Of a DNA stretch of 64,000 nucleotides, positions 39,565-49,707 are shown in pieces. Position numbers and translations under genes: made by a program. Every line of letters begins with the position of its first letter. Position 1 is the stretch's first letter. The stretch comes from Desulfocapsa sp. Its GTDB lineage: Bacteria; Desulfobacterota; Desulfobulbia; Desulfobulbales; Desulfocapsaceae. The stretch spans positions 22,607-86,606 of the forward strand of contig JAQYVF010000007.1 of the NCBI GenBank assembly GCA_030145625.1. Reading direction: 5' to 3'. The notes below the pieces were generated by a model. The model saw nothing but the letters and a program-made list of their open reading frames with translations. It did not search any database and was not told where the DNA came from.

Positions 39565-40342
39565 AGAATCTGCTGCCAAACCTTTTTATTCAGCTCTTAT
39601 CCTCGCCTTTGTCTGTTCACTCTTGGTTGCCGGTGCCGCAGTAGGTTTGCGCCCCAGGCAGGAGGCCAATCGACTGCAGGATCAGAAAAAGAATATTCTC
39701 TATGCAGCCGGGCTTTATGAAGAAGGCAGGAGTGTAGAAGAGCTGTTCACTCCCATTGAGACACGGATTGTGGAACTGGCGACAGGACGATATATGCCTG
39801 AAGATCAGATAAATCCGCTGTCCTACAAGCAACTGAAAGCAGCACTCACGGAATCAGCCGGGCACCCTCTGGACTCCAAAGTAGATATTGCTGGAATTCG
39901 TCGTCTTGAAAAATACTCTCTTGTTTACCTGGTCAAAAAGGACGAGCAGCTTATACAGATTGTTCTGCCTGTTCGTGGGAAGGGACTTTGGTCAACTATG
40001 TACGCCTACGTCGCAATTGATGGAGACTTAAGCACCGTTCGCGGGGTCTCTTTTTACGAGCATGGTGAAACACCGGGACTTGGCGGTGAAATAGAAAATC
40101 GAAGATGGGAGGATGGCTGGCAGGGGAAAAAACTCTATACACCAGACGGCGAGATGGCGCTGAAGGTGGTCAAGGGAAAGGTCAGCGAGACCGGAGATCA
40201 GGCCTTGTACCAGATTGATGGTCTTTCCGGTGCAACGCTTACTGCCAAGGGTGTGAGTAATCTGCTGGAATTCTGGTTTGGAGATCATGGCTTCAAGCCC
40301 TATTTTACCCAATTGCAAAAGAAGGACAATCCCAATGGCTGA
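39557..40342 (+). CDS. nqrC: Na+-NQR subunit C
   Basis: Single N-terminal TM segment and the FMN-attachment motif [12 protein letters not shown]. Confidence 0.9.
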   Translation: MAEESAAKPFYSALILAFVCSLLVAGAAVGLRPRQEANRLQDQKKNILYAAGLYEEGRSVEELFTPIETRIVELATGRYMPEDQINPLSYKQLKAALTESAGHPLDSKVDIAGIRRLEKYSLVYLVKKDEQLIQIVLPVRGKGLWSTMYAYVAIDGDLSTVRGVSFYEHGETPGLGGEIENRRWEDGWQGKKLYTPDGEMALKVVKGKVSETGDQALYQIDGLSGATLTAKGVSNLLEFWFGDHGFKPYFTQLQKKDNPNG

Positions 40343-40958
40343 GACCAGAATGGAGCTGTTTGTACGGCCGATTTTCAAACGTAATCCTATAGCCTTGCTG
40401 GTTCTTGGAATCTGTTCTTCCTTAGCCGTTACCGGACAGATGACCACTGCCTTTGTCATGTCTGTTTGTGTGACGCTGGTGGTCGCCTTTTCCAGTCTGA
40501 TAATCTCCATAGTCCGTTTCCAGATTCCCGGCAGCGTTCGTATTGGTATCCAGATTACGGTTATTGCAACTCTGGTTATCCTGGTGGACCAAATTCTTAA
40601 GGCTTATTACTTTGAACTCTCCAAACAGTTATCTGTCTATGTCGGTCTGATCATCACCAACTGTATCGTAATGGGTCGAGCCGAAGGCTATGCCATGAGC
40701 AATCCACCCATCTCCAGTTTTATTGACGGCATTGGTAACGGTCTCGGCTACGGGGTTATTTTGATGGCAGTGGCCTTTGTCAGAGAACTTCTGGGAGCAG
40801 GTACCCTGTTTGGTTTCGAAGTTCTGCCGTTGACAAGTAATGGCGGTTGGTATGTGCGAAATGGATTACTGGTACTCCCTGCCAGTGCCTTTTTTCTCAT
40901 AGCGCTGCTTATCTGGTTTCTGCGAAGCATTGACCCTGATCAACAGGAGAAAAGCTGA
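40335..40958 (+). CDS. nqrD: Na+-NQR subunit D
   Basis: The internal ATG gives [33 protein letters not shown], typical of the NqrD/RnfE family. Confidence 0.92.
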   Translation: MAETRMELFVRPIFKRNPIALLVLGICSSLAVTGQMTTAFVMSVCVTLVVAFSSLIISIVRFQIPGSVRIGIQITVIATLVILVDQILKAYYFELSKQLSVYVGLIITNCIVMGRAEGYAMSNPPISSFIDGIGNGLGYGVILMAVAFVRELLGAGTLFGFEVLPLTSNGGWYVRNGLLVLPASAFFLIALLIWFLRSIDPDQQEKS

Positions 40959-41566
40959 TGGCCCATTACCTTGATATCATTTTTCGGTCCATATTTCTGG
41001 AAAATCTTCCCTTGAGCTTCTTCTTGGGGATGTGCACGTTTCTGGCCATTTCCAAACAGGTAAAAACAGCCACCGGACTGGGTGCAGCAGTGTTGGTTAT
41101 CATGGTCATTACCGTTCCCATTAATAATTTGATTCTTAATCACTTGCTCAAGCCGGGAGGTCTTGCCTGGGCAGGTCAGCCGGACCTTGATCTTACCTTT
41201 CTTGGCTTGCTCACCTATATTGCCGTTATCGCGGGCGTTGTTCAGATACTGGAAATGGTACTCGATCGGTTTGTACCTGCTTTGTACAACAGCCTGGGGA
41301 TTTTTTTGCCGCTTCTCACTGTCAACTGTGCAATATTTGGCGGCAGCCTTTTTATGGTGGAACGTGATTATAGTTTTGGCGAGAGTGTGGCCTACGGTTT
41401 TGGTGCCGGGGGGGGCTTTTTTCTGGCGGTGGTCTGTCTTGCCGGAATACGGGAACGACTTGAATATGCCAATCCGCCTGCAGGGCTTCGTGGCCTCGGT
41501 CTCACCTTTATTACCACCGGCCTCATTGCCATTGCCTTTATGGGGCTGGCAGGCATGAATATTTGA
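40958..41566 (+). CDS. nqrE: Na+-NQR subunit E
   Basis: NqrE/RnfA-type sequence [11 protein letters not shown]...[11 protein letters not shown]. Confidence 0.92.
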   Translation: MAHYLDIIFRSIFLENLPLSFFLGMCTFLAISKQVKTATGLGAAVLVIMVITVPINNLILNHLLKPGGLAWAGQPDLDLTFLGLLTYIAVIAGVVQILEMVLDRFVPALYNSLGIFLPLLTVNCAIFGGSLFMVERDYSFGESVAYGFGAGGGFFLAVVCLAGIRERLEYANPPAGLRGLGLTFITTGLIAIAFMGLAGMNI

Positions 41567-41610
41567 GATGTCTTGGGAAATTACAATAACAGCACCAAAA
41601 GGCCAGGAAA

Positions 41611-42831
41611 ATGAATGAAATTTATTATGGGGTGCTTTGTTTTTTAGGTATCCAGTTGATCCTGGTCACTCTCATTGTTATCGCCAAAAAGACACTTTTA
41701 CCTGGCGGTGAAATCACCATTGAAATTAATCAAAAAAAACGGGTTGTTGCACAGCCTGGTGGTAAACTGCTGACGACTCTGGCCGAGCGGGGCATAATTC
41801 TTTCCTCGGCCTGTGGGGGGGGAGGAAGTTGTGGTCAGTGTCGATGTGTGGTGAAGGAGGGAGGTGGCAGTATCCTGCCCACCGAAAGATCGCTGATCAA
41901 TAAAAGGGAGGCAAAAAACGGCATGAGACTCTCCTGTCAGGTCCCGGTTAAACGTGATTTGCAGATCGAAGTACCACAGGAAATGCTGGAGGCAAAAAAA
42001 TACCATTGTACTGTCCGTTCCAACAAAAATGTGGCGACTTTTATTAAGGAGCTTGTTTTAGAACTTGCTGAGGGAGAGGAGGTCAATTTCAGGGCCGGTG
42101 GCTATATCCAGATTGAGGTACCGCCCCACACCCTTGAATATGCCAATTTCGATATAGATGAACGCTTCCTTGCTGATTGGACCAAATTTAAGATGTTTCA
42201 ATATAAATCTCATGTCCACACTCCTGTGAGCAGGGCATATTCAATGGCCAACTATCCAGGAGAAAAAAGGATAATTAAGCTGAATGTACGCATTGCAAGT
42301 CCCCCTCCGGGGAGTGATGCGGTTATACCACCGGGGCAGGTCTCCTCCTATGTTTTCAACCTTTGCCCTGGTGACGATGTCATCATAGCAGGTCCCTTTG
42401 GTGAATTCTTTATGGATGAGAGCGATTCCGAGGTGATGCTCATTGGTGGTGGAGCTGGAATGGCACCTTTGCGCAGTCATATTTTTGATCTTTTTAAGGG
42501 GCAACAAACTACGCGTAAAGTTTCTTTCTGGTATGGCGGTCGAAGCCTGGGGGAAGTTTTTTATGATGATGAATTTGAGGAACTGGCAAGAAAGCACACC
42601 AATTTTTCTTTTCATCTCGCTCTCTCCGACCCGCAGCCTGAAGATAGGTGGCAGGGGGCCGTCGGTTTTATTCACCTCGTGGTCTTTGATCAGTATCTCA
42701 AAGATCATCCGGAGCCTGAAGACATAAATTATTATCTTTGCGGGCCACCTATGATGAACAAGGCTATATTGGAAATGCTTGAAAATCTTGGCGTTGAAAA
42801 AGAAAACATACACGCTGATAACTTCGGTTAA
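41611..42831 (+). CDS. nqrF: Na+-NQR subunit F
   Basis: N-terminal TM segment, 2Fe-2S motif [12 protein letters not shown], and the FAD/NADH domain ([17 protein letters not shown]). Confidence 0.93.
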   Translation: MNEIYYGVLCFLGIQLILVTLIVIAKKTLLPGGEITIEINQKKRVVAQPGGKLLTTLAERGIILSSACGGGGSCGQCRCVVKEGGGSILPTERSLINKREAKNGMRLSCQVPVKRDLQIEVPQEMLEAKKYHCTVRSNKNVATFIKELVLELAEGEEVNFRAGGYIQIEVPPHTLEYANFDIDERFLADWTKFKMFQYKSHVHTPVSRAYSMANYPGEKRIIKLNVRIASPPPGSDAVIPPGQVSSYVFNLCPGDDVIIAGPFGEFFMDESDSEVMLIGGGAGMAPLRSHIFDLFKGQQTTRKVSFWYGGRSLGEVFYDDEFEELARKHTNFSFHLALSDPQPEDRWQGAVGFIHLVVFDQYLKDHPEPEDINYYLCGPPMMNKAILEMLENLGVEKENIHADNFG

Positions 42832-42869
42832 GTGGCCTACAGATATTGTAGGATAATTATGGGGTTGCG

Positions 42870-43073
42870 ATGACTGGCTTGGCAATTATATTTTTAATAT
42901 CCTTGGTTGTTACTTTTTTCCTCTTTCTGGCTACCGCTGTGCTTATTAGCTACTGTAAGAAAAAAGAGGGGAGGACACGTCACGGGCTTACCGGTATGTG
43001 TCATCAGAGCGGTGGACAAATGTGCAGCAGCTGCAGTTCGCAGATACAGTCAATCCCTGACGCAGAAGAGTGA
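42870..43073 (+). CDS. nqrM: Small Cys-rich membrane protein, probable (Na+)-NQR maturation factor NqrM
   Basis: One TM segment followed by MCHQSGGQMCSSCSS. It lies immediately after nqrF, as nqrM does in Vibrio-type loci. Confidence 0.5.
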   Translation: MTGLAIIFLISLVVTFFLFLATAVLISYCKKKEGRTRHGLTGMCHQSGGQMCSSCSSQIQSIPDAEE

Positions 43074-43186
43074 CCTTTCTCTTTTTTGTCACTTTTTTGA
43101 AAAAAATGCTATTCTTGAGCAGTTATACTCTTTCAATATAAATATTATTGCGTTCTTTTAATCTTTTTTAGAAAAATTATAGTGTA

Positions 43187-43396
43187 ATGGCTGGTCGTCC
43201 AAACTGTATACAATGTGTTCATTATTTTGTTACCCATAAGCATGCCAAGCCCCATGGCTGTAGAGGGTTGGGGTTTAAGTCTGCTCACAATCCTGCAGCA
43301 GTGGTGTTTGCGTCTTCAGGGATAGAATGTCAGCTCTTTGTTTTAAAAAAGAAGAAGAATGACTCAGGTGGCTCCAGAGGTGGGGTGATTGCTTGA
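43187..43396 (+). CDS. Hypothetical small protein (Cys/His-rich N-terminus)
   Basis: 69-aa ORF with CIQC...HGC. No family recognised. Confidence 0.35.
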   Translation: MAGRPNCIQCVHYFVTHKHAKPHGCRGLGFKSAHNPAAVVFASSGIECQLFVLKKKKNDSGGSRGGVIA

Positions 43397-43451
43397 ATAT
43401 GTCCTTTGAGGATACATGAAACCATTGCGGGTGCCGTAAAGGATAATATAA

Positions 43452-43655
43452 ATGCCTTATGTGAATATTAAAGTGACAAGGGAAGGTGTGACAGCCGAAC
43501 AAAAATCTGAACTGATTGAAGGGGTAACTGCATTATTACAAAAAGTTCTGAATAAAAATCCAGCAACAACTGTAGTTGTTATAGATGAGATTGATACTGA
43601 TAATTGGGGCATAGCTGGTGAACAGGTAACGTTACGTCGGAATAGAGGAGAATAA
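43452..43655 (+). CDS. 4-oxalocrotonate tautomerase family protein
   Basis: MPYVNIKVTREG with the catalytic Pro1. The 67-aa size is typical. Confidence 0.8.
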   Translation: MPYVNIKVTREGVTAEQKSELIEGVTALLQKVLNKNPATTVVVIDEIDTDNWGIAGEQVTLRRNRGE

Positions 43656-43728
43656 TGCTTATTTTAGGAAGTTATCAGCAAAATATGTTGGTAACCGGTA
43701 TGGTAATAACTTCTGGAGGCGGCCGAGT

Positions 43729-44982
43729 ATGAAATTATCGCTTTTTGGAGAACAGTTCACCAGCGGCGCAGGTATTCTCAGCTTGATGGACGATCTTGGC
43801 AATGCCTTGGCTACTGGTGGGGATGACATGATCATGATGGGTGGCGGTAATCCGGGACATGTCCCTGGTTTTCAAGAGGTAATGCAGAAACGACTGCAGG
43901 CCCTTGCTGCTGATACGGAATCGTTTCAAAAACTCATCGGCATTTATGATCCGCCTCAGGGGGAGAAGGATTTCGGAGGGGCACTTGTAAAACTTCTACG
44001 CCGTGAATATGGCTGGGATCTTGGTCCTGAGAATATCTGTCTTACCAATGGCAGTCAGGCAGGTTTTTTTCTTCTCTTTAATATGTTCGCGGGCCCATAT
44101 CGGGAAGGTGAAAGCAAAAAGATACGTCTTCCCTTAGCGCCGGAATATATAGGGTATGCCGATCTTGGCCATGGCGATGACTTTTTCATCTCAAGTAGAC
44201 CCCGTATTGAGTTTCTGGAAGATCGGCTTTTTAAATATCATGTGGATTTTGCCAATCTGGACATAGGGGAAGAAACCGGTGCTATCTGCGTTTCACGGCC
44301 GACCAATCCTACTGGCAATGTGCTGACCGATGAGGAAATCGCAGCCCTTGATATTCTTGCCCGCAAGCATGATGTGCCCCTGATTTTGGATAACGCCTAT
44401 GGTGTACCATTTCCAGGCATAATCTATACTGAGGCCAAGCCTGTCTGGAATGAGAATATCATTGTCTGCCTTTCTCTATCTAAACTTGGTCTGCCTGCAA
44501 CCAGGACAGGAATTATTGTCGCCCGTAAAGAGATAATCAAGGCGGTATCCGGAATGAACGCTATCATGAACCTTGCTACAGGAAGTTTTGGGGCAATGCT
44601 AGCCCAGGAAATGGTGGCCAGCGGGGAGGTTCTGAACCTTAGTCGGGACGTGATCAGGCCATTTTATCAAAATAAAATGGAAAAGGCTGTTGCCCTGTTT
44701 CAGAAGGAATTGGAAGGCACGCCTTTCAGGATTCACAAACCGGAAGGGGCAATGTTTCTCTGGCTTTGGTTCGAAGATCTCCCTATCACCAGCCATAACC
44801 TGTATGAAAGATTGAAAGCAAGAAATGTCCTGGTGGTATCCGGGCATTTCTTTTTCCCCGGTTTGGAACATCCGTGGGATCACTGTAATGAATGCATCCG
44901 GGTGACCTATTCCCAGGATGAAGAACAGGTAGCAAAGGGGATCAAAATTATTGCAGAGGAAGTTAAAAAGGCTTATTCCTGA
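43729..44982 (+). CDS. avtA: Valine--pyruvate aminotransferase-like PLP enzyme
   Basis: An AvtA-like N-terminus (FGEQFTSGAGILSLMDDLG) and the PLP-lysine region LSLSKLGLPATRTG. Confidence 0.8.
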   Translation: MKLSLFGEQFTSGAGILSLMDDLGNALATGGDDMIMMGGGNPGHVPGFQEVMQKRLQALAADTESFQKLIGIYDPPQGEKDFGGALVKLLRREYGWDLGPENICLTNGSQAGFFLLFNMFAGPYREGESKKIRLPLAPEYIGYADLGHGDDFFISSRPRIEFLEDRLFKYHVDFANLDIGEETGAICVSRPTNPTGNVLTDEEIAALDILARKHDVPLILDNAYGVPFPGIIYTEAKPVWNENIIVCLSLSKLGLPATRTGIIVARKEIIKAVSGMNAIMNLATGSFGAMLAQEMVASGEVLNLSRDVIRPFYQNKMEKAVALFQKELEGTPFRIHKPEGAMFLWLWFEDLPITSHNLYERLKARNVLVVSGHFFFPGLEHPWDHCNECIRVTYSQDEEQVAKGIKIIAEEVKKAYS

Positions 44983-45034
44983 TCTTAAAGCACTATTGCG
45001 CAAAAGAGGATTGTCCGTGCAGAGTAGAAAGAAA

Positions 45035-46735
45035 ATGATTGGACTGTTGTGTGGGATCTCGCTTCTCTGGTCAGGCATGGTCCAGGCGAAGTGTCTGGAA
45101 GGTGATTGTCGAAACGGATCCGGTATCTTTGTTAATGATGATGGCCGACGTTATAACGGTCAATTTAAAGATGGACGACTTCATGGCAAGGGTGTACTCA
45201 CTTTTCCAGATGGAACCGAGTATAGAGGAGAGCTAAGCCAGGGGAAATATAGTGGAAAAGGAATCCTTGTTAGCCCGGACGGTCGAAGATATGAGGGCGA
45301 ATTTCGTGATAACGTCATCGACGGAAAAGGAATGCTACTTTTCAAAGATGGGGCGAAGTACACAGGTGAATTTGTTCTTGGCCGCTATCATGGAACAGGA
45401 ACGCTGAGTTATCCCGATGGTCGACATTACCAGGGGGAATTCAGGAGTAATCTGATTGAAGGACAGGGCAAGCTGCTCTATTCGGATGGAACCTGGTTCG
45501 AGGGAGAGTTTCACAACGGTAAGCCTGCAGGCAGAGGAGTAAAAACGTATCCCGACGGAAGTAGGTATACAGGTGACTTTTACCGAGGGCAACGCCAGGG
45601 GCAAGGGTTGTGGGAAGGAGCTGATAACAATCGTTATGATGGGTATTTTAATAGAGATGCCTATAACGGTGAGGGCATTCTCCTCTATGGTGATGGTAGA
45701 AAGTACAGTGGAGAGTTTCTCGATAATTTCAGGCATGGGGAAGGGGAATTACGCTATGTCGATAAGACCCGCTATGTAGGGCAGTTTAATCGCGGCAAGA
45801 AGGAAGGGAATGGTATTCTCTATTATCCTGATTCCAGTCGTTACGAGGGAGAGTTCTATCAGGATAAACGGCATGGTCATGGAAAACATTTCTATGCCGA
45901 CGGTTCCCGTTATGAGGGTACCTTTCGTGATGGAAAAGCCAATGGGCAGGGGATTCTAATTGGTGCCGATGGACGAAAATTCAGTGGAGAGTTTTTAGAC
46001 GGCAAACCTGTTAAAAATGAGGAATCTCATGAAGAGATTGCTCAGGTCCGGGAAGTGGAAGAGCAGAAGCCGGTAGCAGTGACCAAAAAGGCGGAGACAT
46101 CCCTGTCGCCAGTAGTGAAAAAGCATATCCTCCATCAGGGACGAGTGTGCGATGCAGGCAATAAGAAACCGCTGGATGGAAGGGTCGAGTTCCTCTATCC
46201 CAATGGAATGCTGTATAAGGGTGAGATGAAAAATGGTCTCATGGATGGAAACGGGAGGATCGAATACGCCAGTGGTGATGTTTACGAAGGAGACATCCGG
46301 AAAGGAAAACTTCATGGTACCGGGATCTATGAATACAGTAATGGACGCAGGTATGAGGGAACTTTTGTTCAGGGAAAAAAAGAAGGGACGGGAATATTCA
46401 GTTACGCTGATGGCTCCCGTTATGCCGGTGGTTTGAAAAATGATCATTTCTCCGGTGAGGGAAGCTATTTTTTCAGTGACGGAAGTCATTATCAAGGTCA
46501 TTTTAAGACAGGGCGTTTTGAGGGCAGGGGGAAGCTCACCTATGCAGATGGCAGTGTTATCACCGGAGAGTTTCGTGATGACATGCCCCATGGTAAGGCT
46601 CAGCTTCTTTCAGCAGACGGCAGTCGTTATGAGGGAAGATTTGCAAAAGGACGGAGAAACGGCTTCGGTAAGCTGGTTCTGGCCAATGGGAAGGTGTATG
46701 AAGGGCAATTTCGGGATGATGAGTTTGTCCCTTGA
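45035..46735 (+). CDS. MORN-repeat protein with signal peptide
   Basis: Signal MIGLLCGISLLWSGMVQA. There are 13 plus 8 YxGxFxxGxxxGxG repeats (hand count), split by a charged linker (NEESHEEIAQVREVEEQKP). The track start at 44951 overlaps avtA. Confidence 0.8.
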   Translation: MIGLLCGISLLWSGMVQAKCLEGDCRNGSGIFVNDDGRRYNGQFKDGRLHGKGVLTFPDGTEYRGELSQGKYSGKGILVSPDGRRYEGEFRDNVIDGKGMLLFKDGAKYTGEFVLGRYHGTGTLSYPDGRHYQGEFRSNLIEGQGKLLYSDGTWFEGEFHNGKPAGRGVKTYPDGSRYTGDFYRGQRQGQGLWEGADNNRYDGYFNRDAYNGEGILLYGDGRKYSGEFLDNFRHGEGELRYVDKTRYVGQFNRGKKEGNGILYYPDSSRYEGEFYQDKRHGHGKHFYADGSRYEGTFRDGKANGQGILIGADGRKFSGEFLDGKPVKNEESHEEIAQVREVEEQKPVAVTKKAETSLSPVVKKHILHQGRVCDAGNKKPLDGRVEFLYPNGMLYKGEMKNGLMDGNGRIEYASGDVYEGDIRKGKLHGTGIYEYSNGRRYEGTFVQGKKEGTGIFSYADGSRYAGGLKNDHFSGEGSYFFSDGSHYQGHFKTGRFEGRGKLTYADGSVITGEFRDDMPHGKAQLLSADGSRYEGRFAKGRRNGFGKLVLANGKVYEGQFRDDEFVP

Positions 46736-46758
46736 GCTTTATCCTCAGGAGATAAATA

Positions 46759-47151
46759 ATGCGTTGGAGTTATAAGACAGTCCGCTTTGGTTTGAAAAAA
46801 GAGGGGCTACTTGGAAGTGCCTTTCTTGATGAATCTGAAATTGAGTTTTCACTAAATGAATTCGGGAAGTCGGGTTGGGAACTGGTCTCCTTTATGGAGG
46901 TTCAGGATGGATTGATAGGGGTTTTTAAACAGCCCCTTAATCAAGGATTGGCGCCTTTGGAGGGGGATTTTTCTGAAGAAGAGCCGGTAGAAGCCATACA
47001 ACCCAGCAAGGTTCTCCCGACTATCAGTACGAGTGTACCTGTTTCACCGGAGGATGAGAGGGATGGAAGAGATCAGGTACCTAAGAATGATCCGGAGCAG
47101 GATGATGGAGAATCGGATGATACTGATGTCGGCTCTATCCGTATTGAATAA
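46759..47151 (+). CDS. DUF4177-like protein with acidic C-terminal tail
   Basis: MRWSYKTVRF...LNEFGKSGWELVSF resembles DUF4177. Confidence 0.55.
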   Translation: MRWSYKTVRFGLKKEGLLGSAFLDESEIEFSLNEFGKSGWELVSFMEVQDGLIGVFKQPLNQGLAPLEGDFSEEEPVEAIQPSKVLPTISTSVPVSPEDERDGRDQVPKNDPEQDDGESDDTDVGSIRIE

Positions 47152-47217
47152 GATCATCCATTGCGAAGCGGTAAAGGAACGCCGACTTCTTCCGGTTGTC
47201 TGTTACGAGTGATAAGT

Positions 47218-48402
47218 ATGCTGAAAGAAAGTGGATATCAACAGATGGTCGGAGCCGAACTCTTCGAGTGGATGCGGAAGATTCGTCGACACCTCCATCA
47301 AAGTCCGGAATTATCTTTCCAGGAATTCAAGACTGCCGCTTATATTTGTGAAAAACTGAGTGAACTTGGTATCAGTTCGCAACCTGGGGTAGCTGGTACC
47401 GGTGTCATTGCGGAAATCGGCCCTGCAGAAAGCGACTGGATCATCGGGCTTCGTGCTGATATGGATTCACTTCCCATTGTGGAACGCACCGGTTTGCCAT
47501 TTGCCTCTACAGTGGCTGGAAGAATGCATGCCTGTGGGCATGACGGTCATATGGCCATGCTCCTTGGGGCTGCAGCAATATTGAGGAAAATGGATCTCAC
47601 TGGCCGGGTCAGATTTATTTTTCAACCTGCTGAGGAGAGTGGCAACGGTGCTGAAAAAATGGTCGAAGAAGGGGCTGTTGAGGGACTGGATGCTATTTTT
47701 GGAGGGCACATAGATACCCACTATTGCACGGGAAACATGACTGTGGATGAAGGTATTATCTGTGCCTATGCCGATCCCTTTACCATCAGGTTAAAGGGAA
47801 GCAGTGGTCATGCTGCCAGACCCCATGAAGCCAAGGATAGTATTGTGGCTGCAGCGGGCCTGATCACAGCCCTGCAATCGCTGGTCAGCAGAGAGGTTGA
47901 TCCCAACCAGGCCGCAGTGGTTACAGTCGGTCGTGTGCAGGCCGGCGAGACACATAATGTCATTGCGGAAGAGGCTACCCTTGAAGGAACTATCCGCTCT
48001 ACCCATCCCGAGGCTCGCAGCAGACTGCTGACCGGTTTAGAGAGAATGGTCCTTGGGATTTCTTCCCTTTATGCCGTTACTGCTGAGCTGGAATTTCCAG
48101 ACTTTCTGCCGGCAGTGTGCAACAGTGCTTCAGCGGCGGAAGTGGCCCGTAAGGCTGCCGCTGCGGTGATTTCTAAAGAAAATATTCTCTCTCAGGGACC
48201 ATCCAGTCTTGGGGGGGAGGACTTTTCTTTTTATCTTCAGCGGGTTAATGGTTGTCTGGTCCGTTTTGGGGCAAATGTCTCTGCCGAGACAGGTCCTGCC
48301 CATAGTTCTACCTTTGACTTTGATGAAGCAGTTCTGGCTATTGGCGCTGCCTGGTATGCCCAGGTTGTCCTGGCTTTTTCACAGGAGAGAGTGTCGTTAT
48401 AA
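47218..48402 (+). CDS. M20-family amidohydrolase (N-acyl-L-amino acid amidohydrolase / hippurate hydrolase type)
   Basis: Metal-binding blocks MHACGHDGH and FQPAEESGNGA. I chose the internal ATG at 47218 as the start. Confidence 0.85.
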   Translation: MLKESGYQQMVGAELFEWMRKIRRHLHQSPELSFQEFKTAAYICEKLSELGISSQPGVAGTGVIAEIGPAESDWIIGLRADMDSLPIVERTGLPFASTVAGRMHACGHDGHMAMLLGAAAILRKMDLTGRVRFIFQPAEESGNGAEKMVEEGAVEGLDAIFGGHIDTHYCTGNMTVDEGIICAYADPFTIRLKGSSGHAARPHEAKDSIVAAAGLITALQSLVSREVDPNQAAVVTVGRVQAGETHNVIAEEATLEGTIRSTHPEARSRLLTGLERMVLGISSLYAVTAELEFPDFLPAVCNSASAAEVARKAAAAVISKENILSQGPSSLGGEDFSFYLQRVNGCLVRFGANVSAETGPAHSSTFDFDEAVLAIGAAWYAQVVLAFSQERVSL

Positions 48403-48471
48403 TTCAAGGTGGCCTTAAGACCCCTCGCAAATTTCTAATTGTTCATGGTACCCTTTAACTAAGGAGTCTCG

Positions 48472-49605
48472 ATGAGGCCCGGTGAAAAAGACACGCCGTT
48501 GCTATTTACTTCAAGTCCCTCCTATACACTGGGAGTGGAACTTGAATTTCAGACGTTGGATAAGGAAAGCCTGAACCTCGCTCCTTTGGCTCCAGTCCTT
48601 CTCGATACTGCCCCAGCTATCCTCAGGCCTCGAATTACCCATGAATGGATACGATCCATCCTGGAAATCCGCACAGGTATCTGTTGTTCTGTTCGAGACG
48701 TTGAAAATGATCTGCTGCAGACCTGCGCATTGGCAGAGGAACTTGCCGAGGAGAATCACTGCCTCCTCTATGCTGCATCGCTTCACCCCTTTGCCAGATC
48801 TGAAGATCAGGTGCTGACCAAGGATGAACGCTATGAGCGAATTATGGCTGAATTGCAGATTGTCGGTCGTCGCTTTATCTCACAGGGATTCCACGTCCAT
48901 GTTGGGATGGTTGACGGAGATACAGCCATTAGGGTCTGTGATAGGATTCAACCTTATCTCCCGCTCTTCCTGGCACTTTCTGCATCTTCTCCTTTCTTTC
49001 ATGGAGAAGATACCGGACTCATGTCTTACAGGACAAAACTGTTTGAGGCCCTGCCTCTTGCCGGAATTTATGAGCAGCTCAGAGATTGGGAAAATTTTCT
49101 TGATGAGATGAATATGCTCAAAGAGGCAGGGGTGATAGAATCTATCAAGGATTTGTGGTGGGATGCCAGGCCTCATCCAGGGTTTGGTACTCTGGAAATC
49201 AGGGCCTGCGATCTACCCACTCGCTTTGGCGATATTCTTGGACTCACTGCTCTGATTCAATGTTTTGTTGCGGCCCTTGCCGAGTCGCCACCACAAACGA
49301 TGACCTGTAGTCAGCAATTCCTTCGTTGTAATAAATGGCAGGCCGTGCGCTATGGTCTTGATGGAACTTTTATTGATCCATTAGGGCTTCTTGGAGGAGG
49401 AAGGATGCAACTGCGTGAGGCAGTAAGGCGTCTGATTGTGGAGGTTCAGCCCTTGGTCCAACGCTTTGGCTCAGAGCGATATATCGGCATGTTGGACAGG
49501 ATCCTGGAAACCGGAACGGGTGCTGATTGTCAACGCCGAGCGTATGCAGAGCATAGGGATTTTAGAAAAGTCATCCAGCAATTACATCGAGAGTTCTGGC
49601 AATGA
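48472..49605 (+). CDS. ybdK: Carboxylate-amine ligase YbdK (glutamate-cysteine ligase family 2)
   Basis: YTLGVELEFQTLD and GFHVHVGM are typical GCS2 blocks. Confidence 0.85.
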   Translation: MRPGEKDTPLLFTSSPSYTLGVELEFQTLDKESLNLAPLAPVLLDTAPAILRPRITHEWIRSILEIRTGICCSVRDVENDLLQTCALAEELAEENHCLLYAASLHPFARSEDQVLTKDERYERIMAELQIVGRRFISQGFHVHVGMVDGDTAIRVCDRIQPYLPLFLALSASSPFFHGEDTGLMSYRTKLFEALPLAGIYEQLRDWENFLDEMNMLKEAGVIESIKDLWWDARPHPGFGTLEIRACDLPTRFGDILGLTALIQCFVAALAESPPQTMTCSQQFLRCNKWQAVRYGLDGTFIDPLGLLGGGRMQLREAVRRLIVEVQPLVQRFGSERYIGMLDRILETGTGADCQRRAYAEHRDFRKVIQQLHREFWQ

Positions 49606-49707
49606 GTACCTGCCGATGATTGTTTGAAAGCAACGTGTTTGAGCGTAAAAAATGCTTTGCCGCAGAACAATTACATTCTGATATTCTAAATTGTTTTCTA
49701 TAGAGAT

